Part shown: positions 51,732-57,819 of the stretch, in pieces
Numbering within the stretch: position 1 is the first letter of the stretch
Layout of the letters: each line of letters opens with the position of its first letter
DNA from: Terrisporobacter sp.
GTDB lineage: Bacteria; Bacillota; Clostridia; Peptostreptococcales; Peptostreptococcaceae
DNA length: 57,819 nucleotides
Reading direction: 5' to 3'
Assembly: GCF_017888745.1 (NCBI RefSeq)
Contig: NZ_JAGHFM010000290.1
Span: forward strand, 1-57,819
Position numbers and translations under genes: made by a program
The notes under the pieces: model-generated
What the model was told of the DNA's origin: nothing
Seen by the model: the letters and a program-made list of their open reading frames with translations, nothing else
Databases searched by the model: none

Positions 51732-52301
51732 ATGAAAAAGAGTGATTTAAAAAATGGATATGTTGTAGATTTAAGAGTTGATGGATATAGAAGAGTAGTG
51801 CTTTTTGACGAATTATTGATAGATGAAAATGGCAGATATGAAAGGGCAAGTAATTTAATTGAAAAATATAGAGACGATTTAACACATAGAAGTGATCCAA
51901 ACTTAGATATAATGAAAGTTTATGATGAAGGAATGGATTTAATATGGGAAAGAAAAGAAATAGACTGGAGCAAAGTACCAGTTGGAACTAAAGTATTAGT
52001 TAGTGCGAATGAAAAAGATTGGTTTACATCTTATTTTATTAAAAAATTATCGCCTATTGAAGATTCAAACTTCTATGTTATAAATTTAAAAGGCGAATTA
52101 TATCAATGGGATTATTGCAAATTAGCAGAAGAATCTAAAGAAGAAGTTTCATATAAGGAGTTATTAGATGAGGTTAATAACTACTGTGATAAGTATTATA
52201 ATAAGAATAATTCTTGTTATGGCTGTGAATGTTATGATGGAGGTAATATTTGTCGCAAAGAAAAATTTATAGATGATAGATTTACTATAACAAGAAAGTA
52301 A
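51732..52301 (+). CDS. Phage hypothetical protein
   Basis: MKKSDLKNG..DIMKVY..LIWERKEIDWSKVPVGTKVLV..W.YCKLAE. Confidence 0.65.
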   Translation: MKKSDLKNGYVVDLRVDGYRRVVLFDELLIDENGRYERASNLIEKYRDDLTHRSDPNLDIMKVYDEGMDLIWERKEIDWSKVPVGTKVLVSANEKDWFTSYFIKKLSPIEDSNFYVINLKGELYQWDYCKLAEESKEEVSYKELLDEVNNYCDKYYNKNNSCYGCECYDGGNICRKEKFIDDRFTITRK

Positions 52302-52336
52302 TTACACAATAGAAATAGACTTAAAAGAGGTGATAT

Positions 52337-53536
52337 ATTGAAGTAAATAGGTGTGAACAACAAATTATAACTAAGAATCATCCTAAATATAAGTTGATAG
52401 ATGAAATGTGTTATAAATCTAAAAATCTTTATAATTACACTAATTATCTATTAAGGAATTATTTCTTTGATACAGGTGAATATATTAAGTATACAGATAT
52501 GAATCATTATATGAAAGATAAAATTCAATACAAAGAATGTATGAGTCAGCCTGCAAATTGTGTTCTGAGATTATTAGATAAAAATTGGAAGTCATTCTTT
52601 ATGGCAATTAAAGATTGGAGTAAAAATCCTGATAAATATCTTGGTAAACCTAAACCGCCAAGATATTTAAAGCCTAATGGTAGATACATATGGATGATTC
52701 CAAATAACAGTTGTTATGTTGAAGGTAATGAACTTAAATTTAGGATAAGGAAATTACAAGATTATAAATGGTATACTAGAAATTTAGGTAGACTTATACA
52801 GGTTAGATTTATACCAAAAGGATCTTGTTATGTAATGGAAATAGTATATGAAGTAGAATTAGATATAAATTATAAAGATGAAAATAGAGTTATAGGTATT
52901 GATTTAGGAATAAATAATTTTGCAACCATAACAAATAATATCGGTAAAAGACCAATTATTATTAACGGCAAAGGTATTAAAAGTATAAATCAATATTATA
53001 ATAAAATTGTAGCAAAAGAAAAATCAAGGTTAATGAAAGTAAATAAGGTATATTATAGTCACAAATTGGAGGACATATCATTTAAACGATATAGAAGAAT
53101 AAAAAATTTTATGCATAATTCATCAAGTTATATCATTAAGTATTGTGTTGAAAATAACATTGATGTAATAATCATTGGGTTAAATAAAAAATGGAAACAG
53201 GAAAGTAAAATGAACAATGTTAATAAGCAAAAATTTATTCAAATACCTTATGATATGTTTATAAAACAACTTCAGTATAAATGTGAAAATAATAATATAA
53301 AATTAATAATTAATGAAGAAAGTTATACGTCTGGAACAAGTTTTATAGATAATGAATTGCCTATAAAAGAAAACTACAATAAAAAACGTAGAATAAAAAG
53401 AGGTTTATTTAAAAGTAATGATGGTAGGTTGGTAAATTCAGATGTAAATGGTAGTTATCAAATAATGAGAAAAGTATTCCCAAAATTTCAGTATGGGATA
53501 GAGGTGTATCTAACGCCCATAGTAGTGAATTTCTAG
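52337..53536 (+). mobile_element. tnpB: Solo TnpB RNA-guided nuclease gene (IS200/IS605-derived, no tnpA)
   Basis: SKNLYN, KPKPPRY, IGIDLGINN (RuvC I), EESYTS, NSDVNGSYQI (RuvC III); homology extends upstream of the ORF-track start. Confidence 0.88.
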
Positions 53537-53650
53537 TGCTATGAATGAGTTTATACTCAATAGAAGAATGATTTTATTGCGTCAAATGCAATAAGTCGAT
53601 GAAATCAAGAGACATCGCCGACTTATTAATATAACAATTTAAAGTCATTA

Positions 53651-53779
53651 TTAATTGGTTTTTACAAATACTAAAGAATTTGTACTTTTAGTATAAGCTG
53701 CCTCGTTTTTTAAAGTTAAATTTATAGTCATTCTAAAATAACAAACTCCAACCAATAATAATATTATTAAGTTTTTCAT
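53651..53779 (-). CDS. 42 aa peptide with signal/TM-like N-terminus
   Basis: RBS AGGAGGT; MKNLIILLLVGVCYFRMTINLTLKNEAAYTKSTNSLVFVKTN; upstream TGTATAAT. Confidence 0.65.
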   Translation of the reverse strand: MKNLIILLLVGVCYFRMTINLTLKNEAAYTKSTNSLVFVKTN

Positions 53780-53935
53780 AGTTTACCTCCTATTATTTTT
53801 AATAAATATTATACACTCTTTTTGTTAAAAATATACAAGATAAAATTTCCATTTGTTTTATAAAATAGTGTATAATATTAGTAAAAAGAGATTATAATAT
53901 TATTAGATATAAAATTAATAAATGGAGGTTGAAAA

Positions 53936-54919
53936 ATGAATAATAAGATTTTAAATAGTAAAAATTACCGACTTCTTAAAAGACAAATATTTAAAGATAA
54001 TAAAATATGTATTCTAACAAAAGATGGGTATTCTATATATGGTATAAAATTAAAAAATTTTCAGAAACATCAAATGGTTAAGGGTATATGTTTAAATTCA
54101 AAAAAAGAAATAGAAACTGGAACTTATAATACTCATATTATTTCACAAAATAAAGATGTTCGTGAAAGTTATATTGATATTGTACCACTTAATACTGCTA
54201 TAGAAAAGTTAATAAAATGCCAACCAGAACTTATTATACCATTTGGGGTTAGAGAAGAAGATATTGTGTTAATTACTGAGGAAGGGAGATTCTTAAAAGA
54301 TAATATCAATTTATTTTTAAATAGGTATAATGTACATCGTTCATTTAGGGGGTTTACGTTATCTTTAAGAGAAGAACTAGAAAAAGCTATTAATGATATA
54401 TGTATATTTATAGTTGATGAAAAAGAATCAAACTTTGTATCTCGTGTGAATAAAATCATTGGTGAAAATGAAAAAATACTTTCGGGCATAAAGTTTGAAT
54501 TAGATGAAAATAAGTCTATTAAAGTAAGTATGAATTTGGAAAAATGTACTTTTGAGGATGTGAGATACAGTGTACTCAAAATTGGAAGCGAATATGATAA
54601 ATATAGATTTGCAAATGATCCAAATAGTCAAATAAATGACAGGATAAAGAGATACACCGTAAATATAATAAAAACATATTTATTAGGAATAGATATATTG
54701 TTGGGTAATGGAATAAGTACTTATATGCCAAAACCAATATTTGATGAGATATTGAACAATAAATTTACACATAAAGAAATTTTAGAGATGATAGATGAGT
54801 ATGATAGAAGATTCATCTATGCGTCTAACAATAGTAAATTACAAGAAGAACCAGATTATAATAAAATAAATGAGTTAGTTGATGAATTAAATAGACGTGT
54901 TTTAAACGACGAAGTGTAA
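53936..54919 (+). CDS. Degenerate RlaP-like nucleotidyltransferase-fold protein
   Basis: ICILT..G.SIYG..VKGICLNS..LIKCQP..G..L..N..LFL..SF.GF..SKL...PDY..IN pattern, with no GS or DxD catalytic residues. Confidence 0.6.
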   Translation: MNNKILNSKNYRLLKRQIFKDNKICILTKDGYSIYGIKLKNFQKHQMVKGICLNSKKEIETGTYNTHIISQNKDVRESYIDIVPLNTAIEKLIKCQPELIIPFGVREEDIVLITEEGRFLKDNINLFLNRYNVHRSFRGFTLSLREELEKAINDICIFIVDEKESNFVSRVNKIIGENEKILSGIKFELDENKSIKVSMNLEKCTFEDVRYSVLKIGSEYDKYRFANDPNSQINDRIKRYTVNIIKTYLLGIDILLGNGISTYMPKPIFDEILNNKFTHKEILEMIDEYDRRFIYASNNSKLQEEPDYNKINELVDELNRRVLNDEV

Positions 54920-55044
54920 TAAATGTTAAGACACTATGTAAATTATATAAATAGTGTCTTAATTTTATAATATAGTTGACAAGTATTAAAATTATCACTA
55001 AAATATAAATATAAAATTAATAAAATGATAGATTTATTAGGAGG

Positions 55045-55410
55045 GTGAAGATGAGTAATGTGAATGTATTTGAATTTAAAATAAATGACAAAGTAATAAT
55101 TTATTTAAATAGATCTATTATATCAGGTTATATTAAATCTATTAATAAATATGGATTGTTGCTGCAAACTTCATATGGAAAGAAGAGATTTGTGAATTTA
55201 GAGGATATGAATTGTATAAATTATATAGATGATTTTATAAATAATTCAATTAATAAAGCATTAGAAAAAGGCAGTGAAGTTATAAATATATTCTCATTAG
55301 ATATAGAAGATATATCTAGAATAAGTATATTGGCTAAAGAAAAAGGGTTAAAGGTTTCAATAGAATATTATGATTATAATACATATATGAATATTTATAA
55401 GGAGGAATAA
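55045..55410 (+). CDS. Hypothetical protein
   Basis: TTGACA promoter upstream, RBS AGGAGG. Confidence 0.6.
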   Translation: MKMSNVNVFEFKINDKVIIYLNRSIISGYIKSINKYGLLLQTSYGKKRFVNLEDMNCINYIDDFINNSINKALEKGSEVINIFSLDIEDISRISILAKEKGLKVSIEYYDYNTYMNIYKEE

Positions 55411-55412
55411 TA

Positions 55413-55841
55413 ATGAAAATATATGAGGAAGTTATAAAGGATTTAGATGGATTATTAAAATTTGTAAAAGATAATGATTTAAATTTTGATTGTAACTTTT
55501 GTAGAAAATATGGTTTAGAATGTAATTACGGTGATTGCAATAATAATTTAATAAAGTATTTGCAAATGGATAAAATTGAAGAAAATATACCAAAAAATGA
55601 AATATCAATGGATGAATTTATTAAATTCATTTCTGAAATAAGAGTTCTAGCAGGCAGAATAAATAATATGGATACATATACTGAAGTAAACTATATAAGA
55701 AATCATATAAAGGGATTAGAAGATGAAGGAATAATATTCAATGACAATCAAAAGCAATTATTATCAGAAGAGTTTAGAAGAATAGAATCAGGAATTAATC
55801 ATTTAAAATCATTGAAAAGTACTATTGATAAATATAAGTAA
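55413..55841 (+). CDS. Hypothetical Cys-containing protein
   Basis: RBS AAGGAGG. Confidence 0.6.
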   Translation: MKIYEEVIKDLDGLLKFVKDNDLNFDCNFCRKYGLECNYGDCNNNLIKYLQMDKIEENIPKNEISMDEFIKFISEIRVLAGRINNMDTYTEVNYIRNHIKGLEDEGIIFNDNQKQLLSEEFRRIESGINHLKSLKSTIDKYK

Positions 55842-55973
55842 TAAAAACAACTTTTTATTTAGCAAAAAAAATAAATATAAAATTAATAAAATTGATTGAC
55901 AAGTAGATAAAAATAGATTATTATTTAATTAGATAATTAATAAAAAGTAAATATTGATATATAAAAGATATAA

Positions 55974-57287
55974 TTGGATAGGGGTAGGAAAATGAATGAA
56001 ATATATGAAGCAAAAGAAATATTTGATAAAATTTCAAGTGTTAGTGGAAGATTAGCAAAAGAGAAGATACTTAGAGATAATAAAGATAATGAATTATTCA
56101 TTGATTGTTTAAAATTTTTAATTGATCCTCATATCAAAACAGGTATATCAACATCAAAGCTAAATAAAGAATTAAGAAATGCACAAATAGGGATATTGTC
56201 ATTAAGAGAATTAATGGAGTATTTTTATAAAGGTAATATAACAGGTAGGGATGCAGACATAAAGCAAGTTCAATATTTCATAAATAATCAAGATAAAGAG
56301 TTACATGAGTTTCTTAAACTATTTGTAACTAAGAAATTAAGATTAGGATTAAATGAAAAAGTAATTAATAAAATAATCCCAGGATTAATAGCAACATCAG
56401 ATGATGAAGAGGATATAAAGCCTATGTTAGCTAGTAAATTTGATTTTGACAAACCACCAAAAGAGAAAATGTTTGTTAGTGAGAAATTGGATGGAATCAG
56501 ATGTAATGCAATAATTAGAGATGGTAAAGTTAAATTATATACTAGACAAGGGAAAATAATTGAAGGTTTAGAAGAAATAGAGCAAGAGTTAAGTAAAGTA
56601 TTTGCGAATGCTTTTGTAGATGGTGAGTTATTAGCTGATGGTTGTTCATATGAAGATGTATATAAGGAGACAACTAAAAGAGTTAAAAATAAGAATAAAA
56701 TTAAAACAGGTGTTAAATATGTAATGTTTGATACTCTATCATTAGAAGAATTTGATAATAAAAAATGCAAAACTAATTATGATAATAGAAGATTGCAGTT
56801 AGATAATTACATAGACCATATTAAAATAAATAATTGTGAACATATCGAAGTTCTTCCTATACTATACGAAGGTAAAGATATTGAGAAAGTATTAAGTTTA
56901 CTTGATGAATATAGGAAATTAGGGGCAGAAGGACTTATGTGTAACTTAAATAAACCTTATGAATTTAAACGCAGCAAGACTATATTGAAATTAAAAGTAA
57001 TGCAATCTTGTGATTTAAAAATAATAGGGTTTGAATCTGGAGATGGGAAATATTCAAATACTTTAGGTAAAATAATATGTGATTATAAAGGTTATGAATT
57101 AGGTGTTGGATCAGGCTTTACAAATGCCATGAGAGATGAGATATACAACAATCAAGATAAATATTTAAATCGTATAGCTGAAATAAATTATTTTGAAGAA
57201 ACACACAATGAAGATGGCGGTTTATCTCTTAGATTCCCTATTTTTAAATGCGTAAGAGAGGAAGGTAAGGAAGTTAGTTATGAGTAA
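55974..57287 (+). CDS. lig: ATP-dependent DNA ligase
   Basis: SEKLDGIR, VDGEL, MFD, EGLM, ILKLK, VGSGF and LRFPIF motifs; likely start ATG 55992. Confidence 0.95.
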   Translation: MDRGRKMNEIYEAKEIFDKISSVSGRLAKEKILRDNKDNELFIDCLKFLIDPHIKTGISTSKLNKELRNAQIGILSLRELMEYFYKGNITGRDADIKQVQYFINNQDKELHEFLKLFVTKKLRLGLNEKVINKIIPGLIATSDDEEDIKPMLASKFDFDKPPKEKMFVSEKLDGIRCNAIIRDGKVKLYTRQGKIIEGLEEIEQELSKVFANAFVDGELLADGCSYEDVYKETTKRVKNKNKIKTGVKYVMFDTLSLEEFDNKKCKTNYDNRRLQLDNYIDHIKINNCEHIEVLPILYEGKDIEKVLSLLDEYRKLGAEGLMCNLNKPYEFKRSKTILKLKVMQSCDLKIIGFESGDGKYSNTLGKIICDYKGYELGVGSGFTNAMRDEIYNNQDKYLNRIAEINYFEETHNEDGGLSLRFPIFKCVREEGKEVSYE

Positions 57288-57442
57288 ATGTTGGGATTGT
57301 AAACATATAAATAAAACTATACATATGAAGTTAGAAAATGATATTTTGTATAATGTATGGTGTAAAGTTGGAGATATGGAAGATAAAAACTGTTTAAAAT
57401 TTGAAAAATCTAAAGATAAATCTATAAAAAGGGGGTAAAATC

Positions 57443-57652
57443 ATGAAAGTTTTAATAAAATGTTTTATAGGTGTAATGTTTAACGTAGGAATGTTATTTA
57501 CATTAGGTATATTATGCGAATTTCCAAGATATTGGTCTCATTCTGTTTCAAATAATGGATTTATAATGTCAATTCTATTGACATTATTCATGTTGGGATT
57601 AGGCTATGAAATATATGAATTATTAAAAAGAGAAGTATTTGATAAAATATAG
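57443..57652 (+). CDS. Small two-TM membrane protein
   Basis: Two hydrophobic stretches, GGGGG RBS. Confidence 0.55.
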   Translation: MKVLIKCFIGVMFNVGMLFTLGILCEFPRYWSHSVSNNGFIMSILLTLFMLGLGYEIYELLKREVFDKI

Positions 57653-57819
57653 TATTTATCCAAGGAGGAGATAATATGAAATTAGATACAAAAATAGTGA
57701 TACCCGTTAGGTATAATTCTGACTACGAGTGCGACACATGTTTAAAAGTAATAGAGGGAATATTATACAATGTTATAATGGGGCAAGAGATAAAACTTAT
57801 ACATGAAGGAAAGATATTA

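Overview
Very AT-rich segment of a large temperate Clostridia-type siphophage with SPbeta/c-st-like gene order (inferred from protein motifs and synteny; no database search was run). The left arm (1-34.3 kb, minus strand) is the morphogenesis module: tape measure, tail, BppU-type fibre, head-tail, capsid, protease, portal and terminase, then HU, phosphoesterase, antirepressor and a helicase-like gene. Two related group I introns interrupt the terminase large subunit and a head-tail gene, and both splice junctions can be rebuilt in frame. The centre (34.3-39.9 kb) holds a Rep-like gene with iteron-like repeats, a ParMRC partition cassette and a 1.3 kb non-coding divergence region. The right arm (plus strand) has small early genes, a tyrosine recombinase plus an MrpR-like repressor, a frameshifted adenine methylase, a solo tnpB, a degenerate nucleotidyltransferase and an ATP-dependent ligase. 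The most notable unannotated signals are RNA and cis elements: a pistol and a twister self-cleaving ribozyme 1.2 kb apart in the early operon, a repeated small pseudoknot, a candidate ncRNA after the HU gene, and a 15-mer present in at least 19 exact, transcription-polarised copies.
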